Shown here piece after piece: positions 38,340 through 52,620 of a stretch of DNA of 64,000 nt (within the stretch, counting starts at the first letter, position 1; every line of letters begins with the position of its first letter). Location of the stretch: NCBI GenBank assembly GCA_951406725.2, contig OX597824.1:46376001-46440000 (forward strand), read 5' to 3'. The position numbers were made by a program, and so were the translations under genes. Below the pieces are notes generated by a model, which saw only the letters and a program-made list of their open reading frames with translations, was not told the origin of the DNA and did no database searches. The DNA comes from Octopus vulgaris (Eukaryota).

Positions 38340-39480
38340 TTAAAGTTAGACACTCCAACAAGACCATAAAGTGTGGCAGAAAATGGAAACCTCAGGAAGG
38401 TGTGAGGGAAACAGAGACATACTAGAAACATCAGAATGTTAGAGTTATCTGTCAAGGATGGCTAGGTCTTGGAAATCACAGCACCAAGAGTGGAAAAATA
38501 CCAATACCAGGTGCAAGAGAGAGCTCATAGTACAAAGGATCTCTGATTCAACAGAGAAGGATCTCTGGGTGAAAGCTGTAGGACTTGCCTACCAGGGTCA
38601 ATGGATACTGTGGGATGAGGCACTCAAGTGCCCCCTATCCTGGAAGTATTGACCAGGGTAGATTGTCCTTCCTCCTTTGCACTGCCACTGACCTCTAGCT
38701 GAATTCAGATAACCTTAAAATATGGGGCAAAGAAAAAGACTTATCCTGCAAGCTGTACAGAGCAACTCTTTGCACCCTGGACTAGATGTACTAAAAGAAA
38801 GCCAATACAAGTGGTGATATGACAAGATCCTTGGAGAAATTACCTTATGGATTAATCTGCAAAGGTTGAAGGCTAATAAACACCAGTCTCCACCAAAGGG
38901 TATCAAATTCCTTAAGGAAGGTAAGAAAACTCTCCAGGCAAAAGCAATGGTATGGTACCTGTTTTTTTTATTTATTTTGCATTCACCCTCAGGCTAGGAG
39001 ATGCAAGTGGATCTGAAGGGCAGACTTGTCTTCCCAGAGGAGATAGTGGTAACATCACTCTAACCAGATATGTTCCTGCACTCCAGGAATACAAAAACAG
39101 TCATTGTAGTTGAACTCACAATACCCTGGGAAGATAGACTTGATATTTCCCACCAGGTAAAGAAAACAAAATACCAGGACTTGGTCCTTTGTTAAGGGAT
39201 GGCATGTGGCCTCATTCCCCATTGAAGTTAGTTGCTGTGGCTTTGCAGCTAGAACAGTGTATTATTTCCTGCAGAAGATAGGTCTGGAACCCAGACAACT
39301 GAAAAAAGTTATCAAGCAGCTGAAACTGACTTAAGGTGAGACTGCAGGTACAACCTTTCCATTGGTGAAGACTATCTCAGTCCTTGCTGCTCCACTCAAG
39401 CAAAGTGTATAGTCTAAAGGACAAAATGCTTGTGACTCAGAGATACCTACTGATGATATGAAAAGGTTTCCAGTATTGTG
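38340..39480 (+). mobile_element. Second Hero/R2-group non-LTR remnant (REL endonuclease)
   Basis: KAVGLAYQGQWILW..LSW, YKW*YDKILGEI, VDLKGRLVFPEEIVVTSL*PDMFL..VIVVELTIPWED..KKTKYQDL..PIEVSCCGF. Confidence 0.8.
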
Positions 39481-39489
39481 ATGGATTTA

Positions 39490-39707
39490 TGAGGGGATGC
39501 TGAACAGTTCCTGGCATTGGCTAAAATAAAATTCAGGAGGATCAGTTAATTATGATTTCATGCAACATATTCCCCTCTCAGATTCACACACTTATTGCAG
39601 CAGTTCTTCAGTTTTTTCTAAGCCCTGTAAAAGAACTCGGAAAGTTGGGTCTCCAACCAGACCTTTCATGATATCCTTAAAGCCAGGAACTTTTCAGCAT
39701 CTTCTTG
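39490..39707. mobile_element. mariner-derived MITE
   Basis: TA|TGAGGGGATGCTGAACAGTTCCTGGC ... GCCAGGAACTTTTCAGCATCTTCTTG|TA. Confidence 0.8.
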
Positions 39708-39853
39708 TAAAATCGCTTGAAAAACTTCTAAGTAGCTTTTGTAATTTCTGTGTGGGACAAAGCATTTCTGATGTTTGTTTCACCTAATGATCGCATAAAT
39801 TCAATTCCATATGATAATATATTGATAATGCATATTTTTATGTTTTTGTTCAG

Positions 39854-39970
39854 AGACCAACGTATAGCTGAGGACTTGAATAACATGTGTGATACTTTCA
39901 GCCAAATATTTGCACCAATTATCCTTGCTCCTTTCATTATTGTTTATTATGTCCACCAAACTATTGTAAT
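39854..39970 (+). CDS. ABCD4: ABCD4 coding exon 5
   Basis: TTCAG|...|GTAAGT, 117 nt. DQRIAEDLNNMCDTFSQIFAPIILAPFIIVYYVHQTIV completes the NPDQRI..D motif. Confidence 0.97.
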
Positions 39971-40209
39971 GTAAGTATTTGTTCAACTGTCAATACCACA
40001 TAAAATATATATATCTGTCTAGGTCTCTTATGCTTCTTTCCCTTCCCAACCATGTTGGTTCATGTTCAGTTCCACTGTGTGGCATCTTGGGAAAGTGTCT
40101 TCTACTACATTTCCAGACTGTCAGAAGCCTTGTGAATGGATTTGGTTGACAGAAACATGGCATATATGTGTATGTGTGTGTGCACATGTATGTGTGAAAG
40201 CATGTGTGT

Positions 40210-40250
<41 letters not shown>

Positions 40251-41455
40251 AATCAAGGATATAAATCCTCTTAAAGAGATGTCAGCCTCCAAGTTCTTCT
40301 GTTTTATCCAGTGTATCAGTGAAAAACTAAAGATGTTAGCTTCGCATTGACGGATATAGGTTTACTATTTTTTTTTTTATATATGAGAAAAGAAAATGGA
40401 GAAACTGACATATAGACATCAATTTATTAGAACATAATACAATTCTGAACAATATCATACTCCATTTCACCTACAATTGTTTCCATGCCCAATTAAATCA
40501 ATTTGAGAAATTAAATTAAATTAGATTAAATTTCCATATCGAATATTGTTAATTGGGTATTTCATCAAGAGAAGATTTTGATAGAAACGAACTACATTCT
40601 GATGTGTTGTTTGAAAACAAAAGGTGTTGCCAATTTTATAGGCACTACCCCTGCTTATTAATTCCCACTTCAGAGTAACCATTTTATTCTTGTCCTTTAA
40701 GTCCCAAATAAATTTACTAAAACTGGTAACTGCATTATATAAAGATAATTGTGTTATATAAAGGTTAAAAGGATTTTAATTTAAGTATGTATGTTAAGAA
40801 TCTGTGATTTATATATTTTAAAAAATAATTGGTAATCTTAAGTTAAAAATACTACATACTAATTCAATAATGGTTTTAATTTTTATTTATTTCATTAATT
40901 TTGGTTTGTTAACATTAGTACTTTCCTCAATTAAGCTTGTGTATATCTGTTCACACTATTATGTAAACAAATATATTGTGCACAAATATTGATGATGTAA
41001 TATTCAGCTATGATAATTAGTTAACAGGTTTGGTTTATCATTGTCTTGTAGCTTTTGACACATTAACACACACGCGCACAAATATGTAATGAAAATATTA
41101 TATATACATAACTATAGTTTTTAAAATAAAAAATTATAATAATAATAATTCATTATTTAACCATAATTTCTAGATTGCAACTGGGTGACTTATAATAAAT
41201 TTATTAAGTGAATATAGTTGATCACAGTTCAATATTGTAACTCTGTGGTTGGGCTCCAGACAAACTAGATTTTACACAGTGACATATAAGACAAGTTATA
41301 GATAATTTTTTTAGGTTGTTCAATTTTTCTCAGTTGATCAATAGACTTTATGACTTAGTAAACCTATCAGTGATGTACCTATAATGACTACTGGAAATAG
41401 CTGTAAGCCAAATTTTCTCTAATAAAGGAAAAATATGTAATGACTATTATCTATA

Positions 41456-41509
<54 letters not shown>

Positions 41510-42219
41510 TACACACTGGAGTCTGGTGCAGCTTTCCATGCCAGCCCAGTCAAACTGTCCACCCCATGCCAGCATGGACAATGGATGTTAAATGATGATG
41601 ATGATACACATGCATGTACACACGCACACACTGTGTGATAAGGCTTCAACAACTCGTGTAGCACTTGATCAGCTAAGGGAGTAAAGATGTTATTGTAATA
41701 AAACCACTAGTCTTGTGAAATACAGCTAACCAGAGTTTCCTGGTTGAAATATTAATTTATTTCATCATTTCCCATGCTGATAAGTGGTTGACATTTGAAT
41801 AGAAATGCTCATATAGAAAAAGATAAAGACAAAAAAAAAAACAAGAAATACACAAAAGTGATAATGAATGTTACAACAAACATTATGCTTATCAAAATTA
41901 TGTAAACCAGACTGGAATTGTTTATGATGTGTCTGGTGGTCTATCTTTAATTGCCACTAAAATTTATGTTTTAAAATGAGGACATATGAAAGAATCTTGC
42001 TCCTTGAATTTACATGGTCACTGGAGGTTCTTAAGTTCTTTAAAAGGTAGTTTTCCCTGGGAACATATCAAACATCTTTTTAACCCATTAATATAGGGTT
42101 TGGTTTTGGAAAGGATTTCCCATTTGATGTTGTAGTCCTATCTCAAACAAACTTGCTTGTGATTGAAAGTGAACTCAAAAGCCTCTGTGAAAAGAGTAGT
42201 CAAAGAACCTTTCGATACT

Positions 42220-43125
42220 TATCTTCTATATGCCTTTTATAAATTGGCTGAAGAAAATCACATGCAATTTAATGTAGCAAAATTCAAAGCCCTCCACTAT
42301 CAGCTAGCTTGTGCTAACATGTTGCAACAAAGATACTTTGGACCAAAAGGAGTGGCACTTCCAGAGTTGAGCACAGTGCATGATCTGAGGATTGATATAA
42401 GCAATAACACCTTGTTTTATGTGCATTCTACCGCAATGTTGGCAATGTGCAGGCAAATGGCTGAAGGGATTCTGAGAACTTCCAGAAAAAGGAATGAGAA
42501 AACTATGCTGGTTCTATGGAGAATATTTGTTCTCAGCTATCTGGGCTACTGCTGTCAGCTGTTGGCATCCTGTAATTTCAAATTAATAGCAGAACTTGAG
42601 GCAGTTCAGTGGTGCTACATGGATTGCTTTAATGGAACAGCTGAGTTACTGGGAGAGACTGAAAGAGCTACAACTCTACTCCCTGGAATGAAGGAAAGAG
42701 AGATATACAGTAATATACATATGGAAGATCCTGGAGGGGTTAGCATCAAACTTAAGCATTGAGGGCCTTACCAACCATCAAACTGGACATCACTGCACTA
42801 TTCCAAAAGTCCCAGCTATCCTATCCAGAGTGAGGACCATGTGCTGCAGTAGCTTGGGATTCAAGTGTCCACAGCCATTTAATGCTTTGCCAAAACATCT
42901 GAGAGGTCTACATGGAGTAGGGGTAGATGTTTTCAAGAATCAACTTGACCTCCTACTATCCAAGGTCCCAGATGAACCTAACATCATGGCAATGAACTTA
43001 AAAGAGGGCAGAAATATCAAACTCACACCTTCACTAAAAGCCAATCACAAAAGAATGGCCATTGAAAAGGTGATAACATTGGTGGTGTCCCAGCATGGCC
43101 ATTGCCTTTGGCCTGAAACGCATAA
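42220..43125 (+). mobile_element. 3' remnant of a CR1/L2-group LINE ORF2
   Basis: NHMQFNVAKFKALHY..DLRIDI..ELEAVQ, then in another frame SYWERLKELQLYSLE*RKERY..IYIWKILEG, and FNALPKHLR..VFKNQLDLLLSKVPDEP. Confidence 0.85.
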
Positions 43126-43457
43126 AAGAATATATATATATATTCTGTGTATATATATTAGATTGTATTTCCACTTGTCTTTGCTTGTTTGTAAACAATG
43201 CCATCACTAACAGAGTTGTCAGTTGCTTGCTGTCTTCTGTGTCTGAATTTCCTGAAATGTCTCCATATTGCACAGTTATGGTGAACTGGAAATAAATTTG
43301 TCCTTAAGGACAAGATTTTTTTTTGTTTAGAAAGTTTGTGTCACATGTCAAGATGTGTCAAAACATCTAGACTGGCTTTCATGATGAACTGCATGTAAAA
43401 GGAACTGTTAGTGAAATCACTGTTTGCAATCAACAAGTGAACGTAAGTATAGAAAGT

Positions 43458-43493
<36 letters not shown>

Positions 43494-43712
43494 TATGCAT
43501 GTATATGATACAACTGTTTCTAATTTAAGCATAAGATCGGTATTTTTGAAGGCAGGATGCTAGTTTGTTGCATCGACTCCATTATTTGACTGGTACTTTA
43601 TTTTATCGATCACAAAAGGATGAAAGGCAAAGTTGTCTGCAACAGGATTTGAACTGAAAATGTAAAGTACCAGAAAAAATAAACTAACAGTTCTACCAAT
43701 CCACTGCATATA

Positions 43713-44290
43713 ATATTAGGTTGTCTGGAAAGTTCTGAGCATTTTTTAATATACAAAAAGAGATATAAATAATTGACCTTTCAATGAATTTTATTTAATG
43801 AAATAATTTCCATTATCATTAATGACCTTTGCCCATCTATCAGGCAATTTAAATATTCCATCAGCATAAAATTTGACTGGTTTTGAAGAAAAATTGTTAT
43901 CTAGATGCATTTTGACTCCATCTAAATCATTAAATGTCTTTCTTTGCAATGATTTCTGTCAAGACAAAACAAGTGGTAGTTGGAAGGCACAATATCATGA
44001 GAATATGGTGGATAGGGTAAGATATCCCAGCCAAGTTCATGTAACTTTGTTTGGGTAGCCAAAGACACGTGGTTGGGCATTGTCTTGTTGGAATACTACC
44101 CCTTTCTTGTTGGCAATCTCCAGCCTCAATTCTTTAATTTTTGGTTCTAATTAGCCAACTGACGACAGTACACATCAGAATTAATGGTCTGGTTTTGTGG
44201 GAGAAGCTCATATTAAATAATGCCTTTATGATCCCACCAAACACAAAGCATAGCTTTTTTTTGGCATGGATATTTGTCTTTGGTTGTTGT
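43713..44290 (-). mobile_element. Decayed mariner, 3' half
   Basis: TIR-like TATTAGGTTGTCTGGAAAGTT. Minus strand has VWWDHKGII, QQDNAQPRV, YHLF and FYADGI remnants. Confidence 0.75.
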
Positions 44291-44666
44291 TTTGGGGATC
44301 CTTAGCACCTTGGGCAAAATGCTAAGTGACATCTTTACATTCTGAGTTCAAATTTTGCTGGGATCAACTTTGCCTTTCATCCTTTCAGCATTGATAAAAT
44401 AAGAACCAGTTGAACACTGGGGGTCAACGCAATTGACTTAAACCTTCCCCATAACTGCTGGCCTAGTGCCAAAATTTGAAATCAATATATAAGCGCAGGA
44501 GTGACTGTGTGGTAAGTAGCTTGCTTACGAACTACATGGTTCCGGGTTCATTCCCATTACGTGGCACCTTGGGCAAGTGTCTTCTACTATAGCCTTGACC
44601 CGAGCAAAGCCTTGTGAGTGGATTTGGTAGACAGAAACTGAAAGACGCTCGTCGTATATATGTATA

Positions 44667-44723
<57 letters not shown>

Positions 44724-45488
44724 GTGTGTGTATATGTTTGTCCCCCAACATCGCTTGACAACCGATACAATGGGCTTCTTTCAGTTTCTGTCTACCAAAT
44801 CCACTCACAAGGGTTTGGTAGGCCTGAGTATATAGTGAAAGAAACTTGGCCAAGTTGCTATGCAGTGGGACTGAACTTGGAACCATGTGGTTGGGAAGCA
44901 AGCTTCTTATCACTTAGCCACTCATGCTGTACACACACAGAGATTAGATGAGCACTTAGGTGCAAAGCAAGGTGGAAAAAATAGTACTTAAAAATCAAAA
45001 GAATAATATGCTTTTAATAAAGCTGCAAATTTACAGTTTTGTGATAATTTTGCAACTTTAATAAAAGTGTGTATATATATATATATATATATATGTATAT
45101 AGGGAGATGTACTTGCATAGCAAGTGACCTGATCTGAGATCGTGTGCTGGAACGAAAACAGTTGCAGCATGGAAGGTGTTTATAAGCCATTTAAGAAACA
45201 CACAAAAACCGTTAGATTCACTTCAATATTTAAATTTAATTTGTCAAAATATTTTCGGCGTTTTGAGACCACGACCTGTTCACTGACAAAACTCCGTGCT
45301 GTCTCTGTGTATATGTATGTGTGTAAAAGATTATAACAGCTGTATTTTTCAACTGATCATGCTGAAATTTTACACATAGGTAAAAGATGTCACAGTGAAA
45401 TCAAAATCTTAATGGAAAGTCCAATTTCAATAGCGCTTATTGGCTATCATTCCACAAGTCACATATGAACAGCTGCTATGTTTGTCCA

Positions 45489-45532
<44 letters not shown>

Positions 45533-45910
45533 GATACACACACACCCACATACACTCCTATACATATACACATACTAGTGGTCACATGCTCTTATAAATG
45601 ACAGTTTGGCAGAAACATGTGCTCCATGCAAGCAGGAAAAATGGACATTAAAATGATGATGGTATTGGTAAACTCAAGTTATTGCTATTTAGGTATATGT
45701 GTAGTAATATTATTTTTAAGAAACTATAATTTTATATATTTTGTACTTCATTCAATTAAACAGTTATTCTTTGTTTAATGAAGATGATGTTTTGTTTTAT
45801 TTAAATACCAGAAAAATCTGTGTTAAGGAAAAATCTGATTTAAGAAAAAAAACCTTTTATGTTGATTTTTATTTAGTTGTTTATGTATTCATTTAATTGT
45901 TATTTTGCAG

Positions 45911-46036
45911 AAGTGGTTATATTGGTCCTTTGGTAGTGTTTGGATTTTTCATTGTTTTTAGCTTCATCAACCGCTTTATCATGTCTAGAGTGGTGTATAA
46001 CGTGTATAAAAAAGAAAAACTTGAAGGAGATTTTAG
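45911..46036 (+). CDS. ABCD4: ABCD4 coding exon 6
   Basis: TTGCAG|...|GTGAGT, 126 nt. SGYIGPLVVFGFFIVFSFINRFIMSRVVYNVYKKEKLEGDFR vs human TGWLGPVSIFGYF...QEKLEGDFR. Confidence 0.97.
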
Positions 46037-46800
46037 GTGAGTCTAAATTACTACAGAGTTTGACATTAAAATTTGTATCATTTTTGTTTTGTTTTTCTGA
46101 AAATGTATTCCATATTATATGTTAGGCTGACTATTACAACCTTGATTAGCTGGGGAAGTTCTGGTTTAGAAACTCTGTACAAAGTATCTGGCTAGTTTGT
46201 TAGCTCATCTTGAGAAAAGGGTAACTTTTGACATACTGGTGAACTTTAAAACTTCATAAGAATGACTGTTATGGTTTTCACTTTGTTTATTTTCAGTAGC
46301 AAATGTGTTTCCTCTGTGATCTATACAAGAGAAATATCATCTTCCTAGCTTATGTTTCTCCACTTACTTCACATTGAAAGTCCACAATGCCAACCCCCTC
46401 CACCCAGGTGGGTTTGCTCATGTTTAGACATTGTTTACAAATGTTTAGATATCTGTCCTTTTGACCAGCTCAGTTTGTCAGATGGATAAAAACGTAAAGT
46501 CTGATGGCATAATGATAAAATTCTAACTGGCCTCCTCTTCCCTTCTCTTGACAGAAGTTTCTTTCATTTTCTTTCTCTCATACTATTTCTTTATCTTGCA
46601 TTCTCTTTTTGTAACTGCCTCAGTCTAGTGCTTAGTAGATACCCACAGAAAGACGCATGCACAAGTGATTTTATAGCATCTGAAGATGGTAAACATTTAT
46701 TCTGATTTGAATTCATTCTCTCTAACAATACGCTTCTTGTTTTGCTAAACGTTATGTTAGCACATCAAGGATAATGTAAATTAGCTAATTCTAAAATTGT

Positions 46801-48442
46801 TGCTGAGTCACTATCAGAACTAGAGGAAAAGTTTCATGTGTGGAAGCAAGGATTAGAGTCAAAGGACCTTAAAGTCAACCTAGCTAAAACCAAAATCTTA
46901 ATAAGTAGAAAGGCAGACAAACTACAAATCCCTTCAGGTAGATGGCCCTGCTTGATCTGTAGAAAAGGCGTAGGTAGAAACTCCATAAGATGTACCCAGT
47001 GTAAGCTATGGACACATAAGAGGTGCAGCAATATCAAAGGAAGGCTAACTGGGAAGATAGTTTTTGCATGTGGAAAATGCTCAGGTGCTATAAACAGTGA
47101 AAATGTGCAGATAACAGCTTCTATCACATTCCAGGGAGAAAAACTACAAGTAGTTGATAGCTTCCGTTACCTAGAGGACCAAGTCAACAGTGTAGCTGCT
47201 AGAATAAGAATAGCCTGGGCAAACTTCAGAAAGCTCCTACCTCTGCTGGTGACAAAGGGCCTCTCACTCAGAGTATGGGCCATGACTGCTGAGGAATGTG
47301 TAAGCCTGCAAGGAATGAGGCCAGTATGCTCTGCTGGATGTGTAATGTCAGTGTACATACACGACAGAGTGTAAGCGCCCTGAGAGAAAAGTTTGATTTA
47401 AAAAGCATCAGATGTGGTGTGCAAGAGAGACGACTGCACTGGTATGGTCATATGTTGCAAATGAATGAGGACAGCTGTGTAAAAGTTTCACACCCTAGTA
47501 GTTTAGGGAACCAGTGGAAGAGGTAGACCCCAGGAAAACCTGGGATGAGGTGGTGAAGCATGACCTTCGAACATTGGACCTTACTGAGGCAATGACTAGT
47601 GACCGAGACCTTTGGAGATATGCTGTGCTTGAGAAGAGCTGACAAGCCAAGTGAGACCATAGCCCATGGCCTATGCCAGTGGGTGTAACCAACCCACTTA
47701 TGAGTACCCCTCATTCATTGGACAATAAACTTTGCTTGCGAAGACTTATTGAGGCAAGTGAAACCAAAATCAAAATCGCTGACATGGCTGATGACAGTAC
47801 CACCTGATTGGTACTTGTGCTAGTAGAACGTTAAAAGCACACCCGAAAGTGGGGTGTAACCAGCCCAGCCCACTTATGAGTACCCCTCATTCATTGGAAA
47901 TAAACTTAGCTTGCGAAGACCTAGTGGGGCAAGTGAAATCAAATCAAAATCACTGACGTGGCTGATGACAGTACTGCCTGATTGGCACTCATGCCAGTGG
48001 AACATTAAAAGCACATCTGTGTGTGATCATTGCCAAGGCCACAGATTGGCTCCCATACCGGTGGCATGTAAAAAGCACCATTTGAGCATGATCGTTGCCA
48101 GTGTCACCCTACCAGCACATGTGCCAGTGGCATGTGAAAACCAACATTTGAGCGTGGTTGTTGTCAGTGCCGCCAGACTGGCTCCCGTGCAGGTAGCACG
48201 TAAAAAATACTTTTTGAGCGTGGTCATTGCCAGAACCGCCTGACTGACCCTAGTGCCGGTGGCACGTAAAAGTACCCACTACACTTTTGGAGTGGTTTGT
48301 GTTAGGAAGGGCATCCAGCTGTAGAAACTTTGCCAGATCAGATTGAGCCTGGTGCAGCCTCTGACTCACCAGTCCTCAGTCAAACCATCCAACCCATACC
48401 AGCATGGAAAGCAGATGTTAAATGACGATGATGATGTTGATG
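46801..48442 (+). mobile_element. 5'-truncated RTE-clade LINE (RT C-terminus, Cys-rich insert, repeat-containing 3' UTR, (GAT)n tail)
   Basis: WKQGLESKDLKVNLAKTK..CLICRKGVGRNSIRCTQCKLWTHKRCS..VDSFRYL..ARIRIAW..RRLHWYGHM..RGRP. Its 3' end recurs as short copies near 4011, 16196, 34055, 41515, 50287, 51715 and 56567-56822. Confidence 0.92.
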
Positions 48443-48707
48443 TTTTAGTGTGAGACTAGAAATATAATTCTTATATCAAATAAAGCCATATGCTCTAAGA
48501 TGTCATAAATATTCTTTGAATTGAATTTAGTAAGAATAGTTAATTTTTTTTTTTTCATTTAGATGTATTTATGTTTCAGAGTTATACATTGAATCCATTC
48601 CTTTGTTTTATATATAAATATTGGCATGAAAATAAGAATTATACAACCCCCACCCAACTAAATTAAAGTTCTTATTTGAATGAAATATTGGCGTATTTTC
48701 TAACCAG

Positions 48708-48853
48708 GTTTAAACACATGCAGATAAGAGTCAATTCTGAACCAATGGCCTTTTACCAATCAGGTTCAACTGAATGTTTAAAATCAAACAATATATTATT
48801 TGATCTCTTACGAAGTCAGTACAGAGTTGCACAGAAGAATTATTTACTCAATT
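48708..48853 (+). CDS. ABCD4: ABCD4 coding exon 7 (EAA-like motif)
   Basis: CCAG|...|GTAAGT, 146 nt. FKHMQIRVNSEPMAFYQSG vs human FKHMQIRVNAEPAAFYRAG. Confidence 0.97.
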
Positions 48854-49304
48854 GTAAGTATGATGTTGCTAATGTTGTTGTTGATGAGCTTAATTCTCTG
48901 CCCCCACTCGAGTGAACATGGTTGTAGACAATTGGTGATTCTAATGCCTTGGATGCTCCACCCTCAACTTGGTATGGAATCTTGGTAAACACTGTGACAT
49001 AGATGATGATGATGTTTCACTACTTTGACATTGTTGCATGCATTTTTTTCTCAATCTTCTTAAGAACAACAGTCCTATAGAAACTTCTCTCTTACTCTAT
49101 CCTTTTTCTCTGCCTTCTACTGAGAAGGTCAAGTTAACTATCAGCTGCATTTAACTTCATAGTTACTTTTTTTATGGGATGATAGAAATAGAAGTTTACA
49201 AGAGTTACTGTACACCTCCTTCTGACTAGACAATAAACAAAACTCAATTCTGGAATCACATTAACAATGAATTTAGTGACCCAATTCAGTTAGATTTTTC
49301 ATTT

Positions 49305-49630
49305 GACTGCAGCTCTCAGAAATACCAGTATTAACTGTTGAGAAAGGCTACAGCATCAGTGAGGCCCTTTACAACATAAAACTGTGATAATTATTCAATA
49401 AGGCTGCAACAGTAGTAGGGTGCCTTACATCAATAGAGCCTCTTATAACTTAAAACCTTGATTTTTTTAGAATAAATGCATCATCAGTGGGTCCTTTTGA
49501 ACACCAAACCTGGATTAATTGTTCAAAATTGCTAGAATATGAATAAGGGCCTTTTACAATCTAAGATCATGATTAGCTTTTGAAAATAGCTGCAACATCA
49601 AGGGTCCTTTAAAACTGAAATCTGTGTTGC
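49305..49630. repeat. Degenerate minisatellite, period about 52-58 bp
   Basis: Recurring GCTGCA.CATCAGT..GGG.CCTTT.ACAAC..AAA.C.TGAT units near 49363, 49437, 49489, 49547 and 49602. Confidence 0.6.
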
Positions 49631-50679
49631 AATGCCAACAATCTTTAATATAAATGCAACACAGTAAAACAATAGAATATGAAGAAGATAGTAATGTTGT
49701 GTGTCAGTAAGTAATAGTAATGCAGTAATGATATTCCGTGAATTATGTAGGTAATAATTCATGGTCTCTAGTATCAGGAGAACTCTATATCTTGATATGT
49801 TCATGATCACCACCCCCATCATCATCATTGTTTTTATGTCTACTTTCTCATGCTTGCATGAGTCAGATGGGATTTGTTGCAGCTGCCATTCCAGTTACCA
49901 ACCTTCACCTATTTCCAAGTAAGCTAATTTTCCCTCTGTCTAAATGATAAGAAATGAATAACACTGCTTGTATGACTGTAGTATATACTTACAGCTGTTA
50001 TGTGATATCAAGACAGACAGAAATGCAAACACATGCATATATAGGTATATATTTGGTTGTTTGGTTGGCCTAGGGCTATAATAGAAAACACTTATCGTAG
50101 GTTCATACTGTGGGCCTGAATTTGAAACTGTGGCTGAGAAGCAAAAGTTTTTGCCAACACAACCATGCATATTCCAGTTTGTTATTAATATAAAACAAGA
50201 CAAACAAAATATGCAGATGGATATATTTCCCTAGTAATCATCATATATTCATAAGCTGTCAAATATAAAAATGTATATATAGATTTTATCATCATTTGAT
50301 GTCTGTTTTCTGTGTTAGTATGTGCTGGATGATTTGACTGGAGCTGGCAAGCAACAGGACTGCATAAAGTTCCATGCTTTAGCATGGTTTCTAATACCAA
50401 CAATTTTACAGAGCATATTGGGTAATTTTTTTTGTAGTATCAGCAACAGTGAGGTCCCCAAGTAACTTGCAAGATGAAGATCTTTCAACTGAGGGAGGAG
50501 TGATATTGAGAGAGATGGCTTTATGTCTGATGATGAGAGGATAAAATGTGATAGAGGGACAGTAACAAGTGTCTTAGTAAAGACAAAAAAGATGTAATGA
50601 AGATGTGTTAGGGCAGATGATTCCATGATGCCACAGTGGACCTTGTACTAGCACTGGTCACCATATTTTTTTTTATTCT

Positions 50680-51250
50680 TCATTGTTTAATTCCTCTACC
50701 TTGTGTGCATCCTATGTAGAGGTAAAAAATCCAGTGCTGAAAAGCATCAGATTTTAATGCTAAACTCATTATCATGGTGGTATCTTTCCTTAAAGCCAAA
50801 TTCACATACTTTTCTGTACACTTTGAGATAGACGAAAAAAAACTATTAGAGATGGAAGCTCTAGAAAACACAGATAAAATTCTATTAATGTGAGCTTTTT
50901 CAAAATCCATCATAATTTTTTCAGGGCTCAGTCCTTGATGTAATTCATTTAGCTTATTAAAAAGGTGGGTGTAAGTTTCTTGATTCTTGTTTGGAAGTAA
51001 TGCAAACAATTGTAGAACACTGAATGAACCCACTTGAATATGAAGCATGATAAAATATTGTTGAGGAGCACTTAGAAGTTCCATCACCTGCCTAGTGTTT
51101 TACTTAATTTCGCATTCCAGAAGTCAGATAGATCTATTGGCATTTTGTTTCTGTGCTTCATATATATAATTCTTGTCATCTGCAGATTTCTTCCTTCCAC
51201 AGCTACTGTTAAAAACATGAGGCATGGTGTATGCATATTTTCGTTTTAAG
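50680..51250 (-). mobile_element. MULE (Mutator-like) transposase fragment
   Basis: LFALLPNKNQETYTHLFNKL..LSPEKIMMDFEKAHINRILSVF matches the MULE transposase domain pattern (LLP.K....Y...F, DFE.A). Confidence 0.85.
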
Positions 51251-52108
51251 TAACAAATGAGACAGGGATGGATCATGGGTAAACCTGTAAACAAAACACC
51301 TGAATGGATGACCAAAATGATACTTTCAGTTAACTAAATTACTCTGTAAATAAACAACCAAATAGGTGACTGAAATGATACAGGGAGTCAAATTATCTAG
51401 AACCATATGTATGTGTGTATATATATATATATATATGACAGGCTTCTTTCAGTTTCTGAGTACCAGATCCACTCATAAGGCTTTGGTTAGCCTAAGGTTA
51501 TAGTAGACACTTGCTCAAAGTGCCAAGGAGTGGGACTGAACCTGGAACCATGTGGTTGGGAATCAAGCTTACCACACAGCCGTACCTGCACCTATGGGTA
51601 GGTAAGTAAGTTCATGGAAGTTTGAAAGGAGACTGGTAGATGAATAGAGATGGGAATAGAGGTTAATAGAATGAGTGATGAACACAGGTAGAGTTGTGGT
51701 CAGTCATGAATAAATCATCTTTTAGCATCCATGTGCCATGCTAACATTGATTGGACAGTTTGATAGGATGTGTCATGCTTGAATGTCTGTTTTGGCATGG
51801 TTAACACAACTGAAAGCCTTTCCTAATACTAACCACTTTACAATTGACTGGTATCTTAGTCTTGCAAACAACATGGTGACCTCACTAGAGCTGTTGCCAT
51901 GAAAAAGCACTGATTATTCTCTGTAATGAGGTTAGTACCAGAAAAGATGTCCAGCTGTAGAAACCATGCCAAAGCAGACATTGGAGCATGATGCCATTTC
52001 CAGAGCTGTTGGATGTCTTGGATTCTATCAAATCATCCCAGCATGGAAGCTGGTTGTTAAAAGACAGTGACAATGATGGTGATTCTTTTCAGTATCTATC
52101 ACACACAT

Positions 52109-52155
<47 letters not shown>

Positions 52156-52620
52156 TTTCCCAGTTTCTTTGGCATATAAATTCCCCACCTGGATGAGATA
52201 CCAGCCATCACAAGATTACTCAAGTTTGCCATCTGATTGTACTGGAGCAACATGAAATGAAGTGTTTTGCTCAAAAACACAACACATCAATCGGTTCAGG
52301 AAGCAAAACCACAATTTTACGATCGTGAGTCCAATGCCCTAACCACTAAGCCATGTGCTTCCACTTTTCAGATTATAATATATTGGTTTCACATTTTGGC
52401 ACAAGGCCAGCAAGTTACCAAATTTAAGCACAAGGCCAGCAAGTTACATATGCACATTAATGAGCTACCCAAATTAAATCCACTGTTCACCAAGTTACAC
52501 ATTTTTTCACCATGTATTCTGTATAAAAGACTCTAGGTCCAGCCCTCCAATACTTGAACATAAAACAGAATGCATGCACAACCAGTGAAACTATGTGACA
52601 AATATTTTAATTTTTTCCAG

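Noticed and set aside
47990-48280. CRISPR-like regularly spaced repeats (also 49305-49630 and 59305-59560)
   Set aside because: Eukaryotic DNA, degenerate whole-unit tandem repeats without unique spacers, and no cas genes.
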